Positions 9,555 through 19,904 of a stretch of 64,000 bases of DNA are shown in pieces. Source of the stretch: an uncultured bacterium. Its GTDB lineage: Bacteria; Auribacterota; Erginobacteria; Erginobacterales; Erginobacteraceae. The stretch spans positions 48,079-112,078 of the forward strand of contig CAWGIE010000017.1 of NCBI GenBank assembly GCA_963822585.1, written 5' to 3'. A model generated the notes under the pieces. That model saw only the letters and a program-made list of their open reading frames with translations. It did no database searches and was not told the origin of the DNA. A program made the position numbers and the translations under genes. How positions within the stretch are numbered: position 1 is the stretch's first letter; the number at the start of each line of letters is the position of its first letter.

Positions 9555-10883
9555 TTAAGAAAAATTTTTAATACCGTCTTTATCGACTACTTTATAAATT
9601 ATCGGGGGGGGCTGGCAAGGAGAATCTTTTATCTCCACCGCCCGGAGAGCCCGGTCTGCGATCGCTTCCAGACCGGTCTCTTTGTTGGTGAAGAGAGTCA
9701 GCAGGGTATCGCCCGCCTCAACCCGGTCCCCGATTTTACGCTCGAAGATAATCCCCGCGCTCATGTCAATCTCATCGTCAGTCTTCGCCCGGCCGGCGCC
9801 CAGGGCTACGCAGATCATTCCCATCTCCAGGGTATCGATGGCGTGGACGAAGCCGGCAGCCCCGGCCTGAACCGGGATTTTTCTGCCGGCCGGCGGAAAC
9901 AGCCCGGGGTCGTCTATATAGGCGGTATCCCCTCCCTGGGCGGCGACCATCTCCTTGAATTTGAGGAGGCCCTTGCCTTCCCGAAGCGCTTTGCCCGCCA
10001 GCTCTTTCCCTTGCTCGATGGTCGCGGCTTTTCCCCCCATCTGGAGCATCATGCCGGCAATCTCCATCACCACCGTCATCAGGTCATCGGGCCCGTCGCC
10101 TTTCAGGCAGGCGATGGTTTCTACTATCTCCAGAGCGTTCCCGGCGTAGCCGCCGAGCGGCTGGTTCATGTCGGTGATCAGTGCCTGCGCTTTCCGTCCG
10201 GAAAGGACCGCGATATCGACCAGTGTCCGGGCCATCTCTTCGGCCATCGAAAGCGTCTGCATGAACGCGCCCCGGCCGGTTTTGACATCAAAGACAAACG
10301 CGTCCGGGCCGGCGGCCAGCTTTTTGCTCATGATCGATCCGGCGATCAGGGGTATGCTGTCCACGGTGGCGGTGACGTCCCGCAGCGCGTACATCTTCTT
10401 GTCGGCCGGGGCCAGGGAGCGGGTCTGTCCGATGATAGCCACGCCGACCTCTTTGACCTGGCGGATGAACTCTTCTTCGGAGAGATTGACCCGGAACCCG
10501 GGGATCGCCTCCAGTTTGTCCAGCGTCCCTCCGGTATGTCCCAGGCCGCGGCCGCTCATCATGGGGACGGGGACCCCCAGGGCCGCGACCAGGGGAGCCA
10601 GAACCAGGCTCACCTTGTCGCCGACGCCGCCGGTGCTGTGCTTGTCCACGGTGATGCGGCCGATCGAGGAGAGGTCGATCTTGCCGCCGGAATCCAGCAT
10701 CGCCCGGGTCAGGGCAGTGGATTCTTCCGGCGACATCCCCCGGATAAAAACCGCCATCATCCAGGCGGCCATCTGATAGTCGGGGATAGTGCCTTTTGTA
10801 TAGCCGTTAATGAAGTAGATGATTTCTTCCGGGGAGAGTTCTCCGCCGTCCCTCTTCTTCATGATGATTTCATAAGGGGTCAT
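9555..10883 (-). CDS. pdp: Pyrimidine-nucleoside/thymidine phosphorylase
   Basis: MTPYEIIMKKRDGGEL, DKHSTGGVGDK, SGRGLGHTGGTLDKLE, APADKKMYALRDVTATV, SIMSKKLA. RBS GGAGA. Confidence 0.97.
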   Translation of the reverse strand: MTPYEIIMKKRDGGELSPEEIIYFINGYTKGTIPDYQMAAWMMAVFIRGMSPEESTALTRAMLDSGGKIDLSSIGRITVDKHSTGGVGDKVSLVLAPLVAALGVPVPMMSGRGLGHTGGTLDKLEAIPGFRVNLSEEEFIRQVKEVGVAIIGQTRSLAPADKKMYALRDVTATVDSIPLIAGSIMSKKLAAGPDAFVFDVKTGRGAFMQTLSMAEEMARTLVDIAVLSGRKAQALITDMNQPLGGYAGNALEIVETIACLKGDGPDDLMTVVMEIAGMMLQMGGKAATIEQGKELAGKALREGKGLLKFKEMVAAQGGDTAYIDDPGLFPPAGRKIPVQAGAAGFVHAIDTLEMGMICVALGAGRAKTDDEIDMSAGIIFERKIGDRVEAGDTLLTLFTNKETGLEAIADRALRAVEIKDSPCQPPPIIYKVVDKDGIKNFS

Positions 10884-10902
10884 AATATTTTTTCTCCTTA
10901 TC

Positions 10903-10926
10903 AATGAGCGGCTTCGCCGCTAATTT
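10903..10926. repeat. Short palindrome family AAATTAGCG-N-CGCTAATTT
   Basis: Copies at about 10903-10926, 14048-14078, 46396-46428, 48737-48763 and 62381-62406. Confidence 0.75.
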
Positions 10927-11075
10927 AGTGAGTTATTTTATCTTACGATAAAATTAGATTGTTTTAATTATTTTTTCTTCTCTTCACGTACGCAGGGATA
11001 AGAACAAGAATTCTAAAAACAATCTCTTGTCCCCGTCAAGCGATAATTAATTTTTTCGGTAGCGGCCCGGAAAAA

Positions 11076-12890
11076 TTAAGGGATGAACTCGTAGATCTCG
11101 TAGCATTCATGATGGCTTTCCACGCCGGGGTTGACCTCGTATTTCTCGTGACCGGTCAAACGATAACGTTCCCGCATGGAAGCCAGCCAGGCCTGCCAGC
11201 GGTCTTCATCGCGCCGGGCGTAGGGTTCATAACACTCCGGAACGCTGAAGACGACGCACCGGAGCGGGTGGTTGGCGCCGACCGCCTCCGGATCGAAGGA
11301 GGCACTCCCTTCCCGGTGAGAGGGAGAGTAGATACGCTGGTTACAGAGATAGCGGGCGGAGTGGCCCCATTCAAAGAGGCGGGGAAAGAAGTCCAGTCCG
11401 AGGTCGGTTTTCAGGCAGACCAATTCCGCGTTTCGGGCCTTCTCTGTCCAGAACCGGCGGGCGAACTCCCGGCTCCGCAGGTCCTCGATCTTCTTATAGG
11501 GATGGACCAGGTCCGCCACGATGGTGCCCAGTTCCAGCAGGGCCGACAGGATAATGAAGAACGTGAAGATTATAGCCCGGATTTTTGTTTTCGGCGCCAG
11601 GGAGATGACCTTGCATCCTCCCAGTCCCGCCAGAAGACAGATGACCGGGGCCAGGTAGAGATTGAAGCGGGTGTTGTACCCGTACGGATATCTATGGAAC
11701 GCGGCGGCGATGAACGTGAGCAGGAAAGGCGCCAGAAAAGCAATCAGGACAATTCTTCTTTTTCGGGAGTAGAGAACACCCGTTCCGACCAGGAAGAAAA
11801 TAAAGGTAAGTGTGGAGCCGCCGTGAAAGCCGCCGTTGGGATAGGCGAACAACATCCCGGTATGGATGGAGAGCAGCCCCCCGGCCAGGCGGAGTGGTTC
11901 CCCCAGGGGGGGGAGGTTTTCACCCAGGCGGAGTCCGTGTTGAAACTCTCGGTTTCAGGTTGCGGGCCGCTCAGCCAGGCTTCGGTGTGGTATTGCGGCC
12001 CGGTCGAGACCCGGTAGGTGACCAGGAACGCGCCCAGCAGAAGAAGGTTGTAGAGGAGAAACGGGGCCAGAAATCTTCGTTGCCTCGGCGGCGCCGGAAG
12101 TCTCTCCGGGGAATCATCCCGCTCGCGCGGCGGGGCGCTTCCCGGCACCTGTCGAGAACCGTTGCCCGCAAAGAATCTCCCGGCGGCCGCCAGGGCGACG
12201 CTGATACCGCCGGCGACGAAGACAGCCGGGAATGAGAGCCCGACCGCGAACGGAACAGCCAGGGCCAGAAACTATAGCCACCGGCGCTCCCCGGGCTTTT
12301 GCCGCCATTCAACGAAGAGCGCCAACAGCAGCAGGGAGACCGCCAGATCCACCGAGTAGGGCTTTATTTCGGTACCGTGCCGGATCGGGTAATACGCCAC
12401 CGCGAAGAAAGCCGTTGCCAGAAGGAGAGGTGTCCCCCCGCACGATCCCGCGGCTCAGGCGATAGAAAAGAAGGACACTGCCCAGGTCGCAGAGGAAGGG
12501 AAAGAGCCGTAATGTATACTCGGAAAAACCCAGGAGTTTGACCGTAAACATCTCCGCCCAGAGGAAAAGCAAGGGTGCGACCTGATGGTAGCGGAGCGCC
12601 CCCAGCAGATCGCCGTATCCTCCGCTCAGGAAGTTAACGGCCAGGAAAGATTCATCGGGACAGATCGGGTAACAGACCAGATACCGGACCAGGCGCGCGA
12701 TGAGGCCGAAGGCAACGAAAGCCAGCGGCAGCGGCAGCAGGCGCCCGGTCCAGGGGTCGTCACCCTTTAAAATCGGGACCTCCAGTGGAGCGGTCTCTCC
12801 CTTTCTTTCGTCCGGGGTGTTATTTTTTTTCTTGACGGCCGGCCGCCCGTCGAAATTTATTTTACTGGGCGAATTCAGCATCGGAATCAT
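11076..12890 (-). pseudogene. Disrupted GT-C (ArnT/PMT-like) membrane glycosyltransferase
   Basis: PDE, SEYTLRLFP and (shifted frame) TEIKPYS motifs. Frameshift in the homopolymer at ~12434-12439, in-frame TAG at 12272-12274, second frameshift in the run at ~11906-11913. Confidence 0.8.
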
Positions 12891-12937
12891 CGGGATTTAC
12901 TAAGGAGAACATTGAATAGATTGCATCATTTGAAATA

Positions 12938-13016
12938 GTCATTGCGAGCGGAGCGAAGCAATCTCGTGTTCTCCAAATGGTTGAGATTGCTTCGTCACTT
13001 CGTTCCCCGCAATGAC
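12938..13016. repeat. REP-like palindrome GTCATTGCGAG..GAAGCAATCTC / GAGATTGCTTCG..CGCAATGAC
   Basis: Long imperfect inverted repeat; a half copy at ~58857-58890. Confidence 0.85.
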
Positions 13017-13139
13017 ATGTAACCTATTTTATGCCCTCCGCAAGTACAAGTAACTGTCGAGACTTGAATAAATTCATTTAAATAGTATGATGCTTCCCGG
13101 AGTATTCAATTAAAATTGTTATGAAATAAAAATTTTAAG

Positions 13140-13979
13140 ATGGAGAAGGTCAGCGCAATCGTCATCTGCAACAACCGGGAAAAGGAGATCGGCCCCTGCC
13201 TGAAGAGCCTGCGCTTCGCCGACGAGGTGGTGGTGGTCGATTCCTTCAGCACCGACGGCACGCCGGCGGTGGCCCGGGCTCTCGCCGACCGCTTTTACCA
13301 GAGGACGTTCCGTTTCCACGGTAATCAGAAGAACTGGGCGATCGAGCGAACGTCGCACCCCTGGATCGTGGCCATCGACTCAGACGAGGTCGTCCCCGAT
13401 GATCTCCGGGACGAGATTCTCCGGACGCTGGAAAGCCCCGCCGCCGACATCTACCGGGTCTACCGGAGGAACTTTCTCTTCGGCCGGGAGATGAAACACG
13501 CCGCCTGGAGGACCGACACCGTGGCCATCCTTTTCCGGAAGGATCGGTACCGGTTCCTGACCGCCGCCCTCCACTCCGATCTCGTCCCCCCGGGGAAACC
13601 CGCTTATCTGAAATCCCGGCTCATTCACCATCCCCACCGCTCGATCGATGAATTCGTCAGGAAGTCGAGCAGCTACGCCGCCGGGACGGCGCTCAAGTAT
13701 TTCCGGGAAGGACAGCGGGGGGCGGCGGTGAGGATGTTTCTTCACCCCTGTTTCAATTTCCTGAAAAACTACGTTTTCCGGCGGGGATTCCTCGACGGCG
13801 CCCCCGGGTTGATCAGCGCCGTCCTCTCCTCCGGCTACGTGGCCGAGAAGTATGCCCGGCTTTGGGAGCTCGAACAGAGAAAGAAGGAAGGAGGGGAGGG
13901 GATGGAGTCGGCTCCTCGGCCGGATGAAGACGATAACGCCGGTAACCCCCGACCGATATTCAAAGCTGAGAATGAGTAA
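13140..13979 (+). CDS. Glycosyltransferase family 2 (WaaE/KdtX-like)
   Basis: VVVDSFSTDGT, QKNWA, IDSDE, RRGFLDG motifs. Confidence 0.92.
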   Translation: MEKVSAIVICNNREKEIGPCLKSLRFADEVVVVDSFSTDGTPAVARALADRFYQRTFRFHGNQKNWAIERTSHPWIVAIDSDEVVPDDLRDEILRTLESPAADIYRVYRRNFLFGREMKHAAWRTDTVAILFRKDRYRFLTAALHSDLVPPGKPAYLKSRLIHHPHRSIDEFVRKSSSYAAGTALKYFREGQRGAAVRMFLHPCFNFLKNYVFRRGFLDGAPGLISAVLSSGYVAEKYARLWELEQRKKEGGEGMESAPRPDEDDNAGNPRPIFKAENE

Positions 13980-14073
13980 TCTTCCCGGTCTGGATCCGAT
14001 TTATTCATCAGTTATTTTTTCTGCGGAAAAATAATAGATAGGTCAATTATAAATTAGCGCCGAAGGCGCTAAT

Positions 14074-14508
14074 TTATAGAGGGAGGTATTGTTGGACCGT
14101 CGCCACCAACTTACGGTGATCGACGGGTTTGACGAGGTATTCCGCGGCCCCCAGTTCGAAAGCTCTGTCGATGTCCCCCAGCTTATCCTTGGCGGTGAGG
14201 AAAATGATGGGGATATCTTTAAACTCGCCGTACTCCTTGACCAGTTCGCAGAATTCCAGGCCGTTGATCCCGGCCATGGTAATATCGAGGATAATCAGGT
14301 CTACCGGCGTTGCACTGAGCTTGTCCAACCCCTGCTCGCCGCTGGTCGCCGAGACAACGTCATAACCGGTCCCCTTGAGCAGGAAAGTCAAGACGGAAAC
14401 AGTGGGCCGGTCATCATCGACGATCAATATCCTTTTTTTTGTTGGAGATGCGTTCACGGGGTGTGTCAGGTTGGTTTTGGTTGGCAGTTGAATAATCAGG
14501 GCTAACAT
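14074..14508 (-). CDS. Single-domain response regulator (receiver)
   Basis: ILIVDDD, LIILDITM, IIFLTAK, YLVKP. Overlaps the stop of the kinase. Confidence 0.92.
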   Translation of the reverse strand: MLALIIQLPTKTNLTHPVNASPTKKRILIVDDDRPTVSVLTFLLKGTGYDVVSATSGEQGLDKLSATPVDLIILDITMAGINGLEFCELVKEYGEFKDIPIIFLTAKDKLGDIDRAFELGAAEYLVKPVDHRKLVATVQQYLPL

Positions 14509-16961
14509 GAAATGTTTATCGTTTCCGTCTTCAGAGTGGCTTGGATTATCTTCAACAGTTCGTTCACGTTAAACGGCTTGGCCAGAGTCGGGATGGCGCC
14601 GGCCGCGCCTTTTGTTAATCTCATCTCGTCAATATCATGGGCCGATATCAAAAGTAAAGGGATATTCGCGGTCCGGGGATCGCGTTTCAGCCGCTCAATG
14701 ACTTCATAGCCGCTCATCTCCGGCATGATCATGTCGAGAATAACCATATCCGGAGTTTCCCGCCCAAGAATCTCCATCGCCTCCATGCCGTCGTAAGCTT
14801 TGAGAGGCTTGACTTTCTCCAGCGTGAGCAGCCGGCTGATAACGCCCACGACATCCTCGTTGTCGTCCGTCACCAGGACCGAGCGCTCTCTCCGGGAACT
14901 GATGGCCAAAGGCCGGGCCTCCCGGAACCGCTCGCGGAGCATGCCCATCAGAGAGGCTTCGGTGGTATCCGCGGCCGGTGCCCCCGCGCCGGCGACGGAT
15001 AGTTCAAGATCGACCGGTTTCCCGTTGAGGAGGAACTGTATCTTTCTCAGGCGACTGAGAAGATGTTCCGGGATCTCCTCCCCTGGTTTTCCCCGCAGAA
15101 TGCCGACGAACTCCCCGGTATTTTCCAGATCCCAAAAGTGCACCGGGGGTGTGGGGATTTCGCCGATGATCACGGAAAGTTGCTCCAGGAAGGGTTTTAT
15201 TTTTTCCCCGACCTGCTCTTTCAACGCCTCCGTCTGTTTCAGTCTGATGCCGAGCATGCTGATCTCTTCTTGCGCTTTTCGAGCCTGCTCGATCTCGTCC
15301 CGGAGGCGCTCCCTGAAGAGGTTTTCATTCTTGTAATCGGGCAGTCGGAAAGAAACCCGGGTTCCCCGGCCCGGCTCGCTTTCCGCCCAGATCTTACCCT
15401 CGTGCATCTCCACCAGTATTCGGGCGATGGCCAGCCCGAGTCCGCTGCCCTCGGTCCCGCCCTTGGGATTGTTCCCCAGCCGGGTGAATTTATTGAATAT
15501 CCGGGACAGGTCCTGGCGGGGAATCCCGACCCCGGTGTCGGAAACGGTGCATCTGACGTACCCTTGCTCGGGGTGTACCTCTACTCCGATCCTTCCTCCG
15601 GGAAGGGTGTGTTGCAGGGCGTTGCCGATCAGGTTGGAGAGGATCTGGCCGATCCGGTCCGGGTCCGCCAGCACCCGGGGATTATTCTCTGCCGCCGTGA
15701 TTTTTATTTCCAGCCCCTGTTCCCGGATGGCCCCCTCAAAATGGCCGGCCGTTTTTTCGATCACCTCCACGATGTCGACGAATGATTTTTGAAGCTGAAC
15801 CCTGCCGGTCTCGATCTTCGAGACGTCGAGGAGGTTATTCACGATCCGGGTCATGCGGTCGATCTCACCCATGGTCAGCGAAAGAATTTCTTCCTGGTTC
15901 GGGTTCAACGCTCCCTGGATACCGTCCACGATCTGTCCCACCCCGATTTTCATCGAGGAGAGAGGGGTGCGAAGTTCGTGGGAGACGGTCGCGATGAACT
16001 CGTCTTTCAACTGTTCCAGCTTTTTGCGTTCGGTCATGTCCCGTAAAGAGGCGATGTGGGCGATATCGTCCTCCCAGGTAATCGGCGACACCATCATCTC
16101 CGCGGTGATCTTTTCCCCTGCCTCTCGGGCGATAGCGATCTCGGTCGTACCCCCCTCCACCAGTGGGATCCCGAACGATTTCCCCACGAACTCCTCCGCT
16201 TTTCTCTCGAAGAGCGCTTCTCCGGCCGGGTTGACGAAACGGACGATCCCGTTTTTATCCACGATGATGATGGCGTCCACCATCATGGTGATGATATTCC
16301 GGAGATTGGTCTGCGCGGATGCCAATGATTGAAAAACCTGGCGCCGATTGTCGATCTCCTGCCGGAGACGCTTGTTGGCCCGGAGCAGTTCGGCGGTTCG
16401 CTCCTGGACGAGAACGTCCAGATCGTCTCTGTTCTTCCGGATGGTCTCGACCGCTTTTCGGTGTTCGGTAATGTCCTCCAGGCTTCCCTCGTAAGATCTG
16501 ACCGATCCCCGGTTGTCCGGGTTTGCCCGGGTATTTTCCCGGTACCAGGCGACCGATCCGTCTTGTCTCCGGCGCCGGCTTTCAAAATTAATCACGCGTC
16601 CGTCTCGATTCATCAGGTCCAGCCATCGACGGTGATCAGCGGCATCCACGTATAAACAGCGGGCATCGGTGTTGATGAGAGACTTCCGGTCCGGGTAACC
16701 CAGCAGTTCCACCAGGGCGGTATTGACGTCCATGAATGCGAAATCCGGTGTGAGCCGAAAGAGGCCGATCGGCATCCCGCTGAAAAGGTGGTGGTGACGC
16801 TTTTCCGCATTCCGGCGCTCCCGGCGCCGGCGGATAATGCTGCGGATCGAGCGCACCGCGGCGGTGAGCAGGGGTATCTGCTTCAGTGATTGGGAAGAAA
16901 AGGCATCGGTATGAAGCAGCCTGATCGGGGCGATTGTATTCCTGGCGGAAGGTAGATTCAT
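14502..16961 (-). CDS. Hybrid sensor kinase: PAS-PAS-HisKA-HATPase, degenerate GGDEF-like region, receiver
   Basis: VSHELRTPL, NLIGNA, DTGVGI, GSGLGL; C-terminal receiver (VTDDNE, LDMIMP, KPF). Start uncertain. Confidence 0.9.
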   Translation of the reverse strand: MNLPSARNTIAPIRLLHTDAFSSQSLKQIPLLTAAVRSIRSIIRRRRERRNAEKRHHHLFSGMPIGLFRLTPDFAFMDVNTALVELLGYPDRKSLINTDARCLYVDAADHRRWLDLMNRDGRVINFESRRRRQDGSVAWYRENTRANPDNRGSVRSYEGSLEDITEHRKAVETIRKNRDDLDVLVQERTAELLRANKRLRQEIDNRRQVFQSLASAQTNLRNIITMMVDAIIIVDKNGIVRFVNPAGEALFERKAEEFVGKSFGIPLVEGGTTEIAIAREAGEKITAEMMVSPITWEDDIAHIASLRDMTERKKLEQLKDEFIATVSHELRTPLSSMKIGVGQIVDGIQGALNPNQEEILSLTMGEIDRMTRIVNNLLDVSKIETGRVQLQKSFVDIVEVIEKTAGHFEGAIREQGLEIKITAAENNPRVLADPDRIGQILSNLIGNALQHTLPGGRIGVEVHPEQGYVRCTVSDTGVGIPRQDLSRIFNKFTRLGNNPKGGTEGSGLGLAIARILVEMHEGKIWAESEPGRGTRVSFRLPDYKNENLFRERLRDEIEQARKAQEEISMLGIRLKQTEALKEQVGEKIKPFLEQLSVIIGEIPTPPVHFWDLENTGEFVGILRGKPGEEIPEHLLSRLRKIQFLLNGKPVDLELSVAGAGAPAADTTEASLMGMLRERFREARPLAISSRRERSVLVTDDNEDVVGVISRLLTLEKVKPLKAYDGMEAMEILGRETPDMVILDMIMPEMSGYEVIERLKRDPRTANIPLLLISAHDIDEMRLTKGAAGAIPTLAKPFNVNELLKIIQATLKTETINISC

Positions 16962-17353
16962 AGCGGTGATCGTTTAGAAAAATGGGACCGTGAGTATCTC
17001 TTAATCTGGCAGCTGCTAATTGGCAGATTGTCAGGAGGTCGCGGAAACTTGTCAAGCATCCGGGAAATAAAGGGCACTTCGGTAAAACACGATCGGAAGG
17101 TCTGTTCGGGGCGGGCCTAATTGGTCGAGGGGTCATAACTTACGATTTTTTCGAGGAAGCTCTATCTGTGCGGGTTCAGAATCCGGAAGATAGTTTCTCA
17201 GTAAGCAGACCGGGAAGGAATTGTCACCGATGAATAAGATTGACATATGTGCTCCGTCCCCCTATCGCATGGTAAAATGAAGAAAAGCCTGGAAAAATAA
17301 GGAAAATAAGATACTATTTCGAAAAATATTCCGACTCGGACCGGAGGGAATCA

Positions 17354-18010
17354 ATGACCTTACCCGAAATATTAACGATCGAGGAAGTGGCCGAATATCT
17401 GCGCGTCTCGGAGAGGACCGTCTACGATTGGGCGCAGAAAGGAGAAATACCGGCCGGTAAACTGGGCTCTTCATGGCGTTTCAAGCGAACCGATATTCAG
17501 CGATGGGCTGAAGAGAAGATCGGGGTGGATAAAAGAGACGTCCCCCAGCCCGGCATGTTGTTCAGCGACATACTCAAGCGGGATCGCATTATCCTGCTCA
17601 AGAAACGCGATAAAAAAGGGATACTGATGGAACTGATCGATTGCCTGAGCGCCGCGCCGGAAATCACGGATCGCGAGGAATTGGCCCGGGCCATCTTCCG
17701 TCGGGAAGAACTGATGAGTACGGGGATCGGCCTCGGCATCGCCGTCCCCCACGTCCGTCTGGAGTCGGTCAAAGGGCTGGTGATGGCTATCGGGATCAGC
17801 CACGCCGGCATTATCGATTATGACTCCCTGGACGGGGCTCCTGTTCATATCGTCTGTATGATCGCGACGGGGAGGTATCAGCACGCGCAGTATCTGAAGA
17901 CACTGGCGGCAATCAGCGGACGTTTAAAAGATCAGGCTTTTCGTGATCTACTCCTGGCCGCCCCCGACACGGAGACGATTTACCGGCTTTTGATCGATAA
18001 GGGAGACTGA
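17354..18010 (+). CDS. PTS IIA (PtsN-like) protein with N-terminal excisionase-type HTH
   Basis: LTIEEVAEYLRVSERTVY...WRF, then REELMSTGIGLGIAVPH. GGAGG RBS. Confidence 0.92.
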   Translation: MTLPEILTIEEVAEYLRVSERTVYDWAQKGEIPAGKLGSSWRFKRTDIQRWAEEKIGVDKRDVPQPGMLFSDILKRDRIILLKKRDKKGILMELIDCLSAAPEITDREELARAIFRREELMSTGIGLGIAVPHVRLESVKGLVMAIGISHAGIIDYDSLDGAPVHIVCMIATGRYQHAQYLKTLAAISGRLKDQAFRDLLLAAPDTETIYRLLIDKGD

Positions 18011-18013
18011 CCG

Positions 18014-19690
18014 TTGGGAACGATCGATCTCGGCGTTTTATTTATCCTGGGAATCGGCGCCTTCGGGGGGATTCTGGGAGCAAGCCTTTTTCAGTACTTC
18101 CGGATCCCCCAGGTGGTGGGATACATCGCCATCGGGCTGCTCATCGGCCAGAGCGGCATCGGCCTGGTCGACCAGGAAGATATCGCATCCCTGCGGTTGT
18201 TTAACCTATTCGCCCTGGGCCTGATCGGGTTCATGGTCGGGGGCGAGCTCCGCGCCGATACCCTGCGGAGGTATAAAAAGCAGTTCATGGCCATTCTCCT
18301 CGGGGAAGGGCTGGGGGCATTTTTCCTGACCGGGCTGGTGACCGGCGGGGCGGTCTGGCTGGTGACTCACAACAGCACGGTCGCGCTCGCGGCCGGGATT
18401 GTCTTCGGAGCAATCGCTTCCGCCACCGACCCGGCTTCCACCATCGACGTGCTCCGGGAATATCGCGCCCGCGGAGCGCTCACCACCACCCTGATCGCGA
18501 TTGTCGCTCTTGATGACGCCCTCGCCATGACGCTGTACGGACTGGGAACCAGTACGGCGGAACTTCTCACGGGAGGGACGATCTCGGTCAGGGAGGTGGC
18601 GCTCAAGATCGGGATCGAACTCTTCGGGGCCGTGGTTCTGGGATTCCTGCTGGGGGTGCTGCTGAACTTCATCTTTCGCTGGATGCGGCAGAAAGAAAAA
18701 ACCCTGGGAACGGCGCTGGGAGCGATCCTGGTGGCGATCGGCCTCGCCGTGGCCATGGATATGGACATCATCATGGCGACCATGGCGCTGGGTGTTACGC
18801 TGAGCAATCTCGCTCCCCGGCGGAGCAAGGAGTTATTCTCGCTTGCCCACAGCTTCTCCAGTCCCATCTATGTTATTTTCTTCGTCCTGGTCGGCGCCCG
18901 GCTGGACATTACCCGGATGCCGTTCTGGCTCTGGGGAATCGTCGGGCTGTATGTCATCGGCCGGAGCCTGGGGAAGATGGGCGGCGCGTACTGGGGAGCG
19001 CGGATGATGGGAGCCCCCCGGGAGGTCCGGCGATACGGAGGGCTGGGGCTTTTCGCCCAGGGCGGGATTGCGGTCGGGCTTTCGATCATGGCCAGTCACC
19101 ATCTCGGCGCCATCCCGTTCACTTCCGGGATGACGCTGGGAGACATGGTTATCTTTACGGTGACCGCGACCACCCTGATCGTTCAAATCATGGGGCCTCC
19201 CCTGGTCAAACTGGCGGTAAAAAAGGCGAACGAGATCGGACGCAACGTGACCGAGGAGGACATCCTGGCGCAGTGGACGGTCAGGGAAGTGATGGATGAG
19301 GAAACCTCGCTGATCAGGGAGGAAGAACCCGTAACCGGGATTATCCGGACCTTTTCCGAACATGACATCACGTCCTATCCGGTTGTTGAGGTCGGCAACA
19401 AAATTATCGGAATAATCACGCTGGATAGAATTAAGAACGTGCTTGCCAACCAGGACACCTGGAAATGGCTGGTCGCCTCCGATGTCATGATACCGGTCAA
19501 AGAAAGAGTGACCGCGTCCACCAGTCTGAAGGATGCCGTTGAACTGATGGAGCAGCTGAAGTTTGAGCAGATCCCGGTGGTGCAAAGCTCCGACGACGAT
19601 CGGGCGGTGGGTGTGCTTGATCTGCATAAAGTAAAAAAGCTGATCGGTGAAGAGGTCTTGCGGCGGCAGAATCAAATTGTGTCTTCCTGA
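18014..19690 (+). CDS. Cation:proton antiporter with C-terminal CBS pair
   Basis: IPQVVGY, ASATDPA, IVALDDA, FFVLVGA motifs, multiple TMs and a CBS tail. TTG start. Confidence 0.9.
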   Translation: MGTIDLGVLFILGIGAFGGILGASLFQYFRIPQVVGYIAIGLLIGQSGIGLVDQEDIASLRLFNLFALGLIGFMVGGELRADTLRRYKKQFMAILLGEGLGAFFLTGLVTGGAVWLVTHNSTVALAAGIVFGAIASATDPASTIDVLREYRARGALTTTLIAIVALDDALAMTLYGLGTSTAELLTGGTISVREVALKIGIELFGAVVLGFLLGVLLNFIFRWMRQKEKTLGTALGAILVAIGLAVAMDMDIIMATMALGVTLSNLAPRRSKELFSLAHSFSSPIYVIFFVLVGARLDITRMPFWLWGIVGLYVIGRSLGKMGGAYWGARMMGAPREVRRYGGLGLFAQGGIAVGLSIMASHHLGAIPFTSGMTLGDMVIFTVTATTLIVQIMGPPLVKLAVKKANEIGRNVTEEDILAQWTVREVMDEETSLIREEEPVTGIIRTFSEHDITSYPVVEVGNKIIGIITLDRIKNVLANQDTWKWLVASDVMIPVKERVTASTSLKDAVELMEQLKFEQIPVVQSSDDDRAVGVLDLHKVKKLIGEEVLRRQNQIVSS

Positions 19691-19736
19691 TATTCTGGAA
19701 ACACACTTTTTAATTTTTTCTATAGTCCGGTGGATA

Positions 19737-19767
19737 GAAAAGCCCGAAGGGTAGAACCCTTCGGGCT
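19737..19767 (-). terminator. Hairpin, probable intrinsic terminator (possibly bidirectional)
   Basis: AGCCCGAAGGGT-AGA-ACCCTTCGGGCT, followed by TTTT on the minus strand. Confidence 0.6.
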
Positions 19768-19772
19768 CATCT

Positions 19773-19866
19773 ACGGGCATGATCCCGGTTGTTACCGGGA
19801 AGCGTGGTTGATCTGGGATTCCATGAAGATCGCATTCCGGACGGTGAAAGATGGGCACCGGGAGAT
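19773..19866. repeat. 94-bp direct repeat, copy 1 (downstream of mazF)
   Basis: 86/94 identical to 20617-20710 by manual alignment; first 48 nt identical. Confidence 0.92.
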
Positions 19867-19904
19867 TTGCCCGGTTTGAATTATTCAAGTCTTCGAAGGT
19901 GTCT

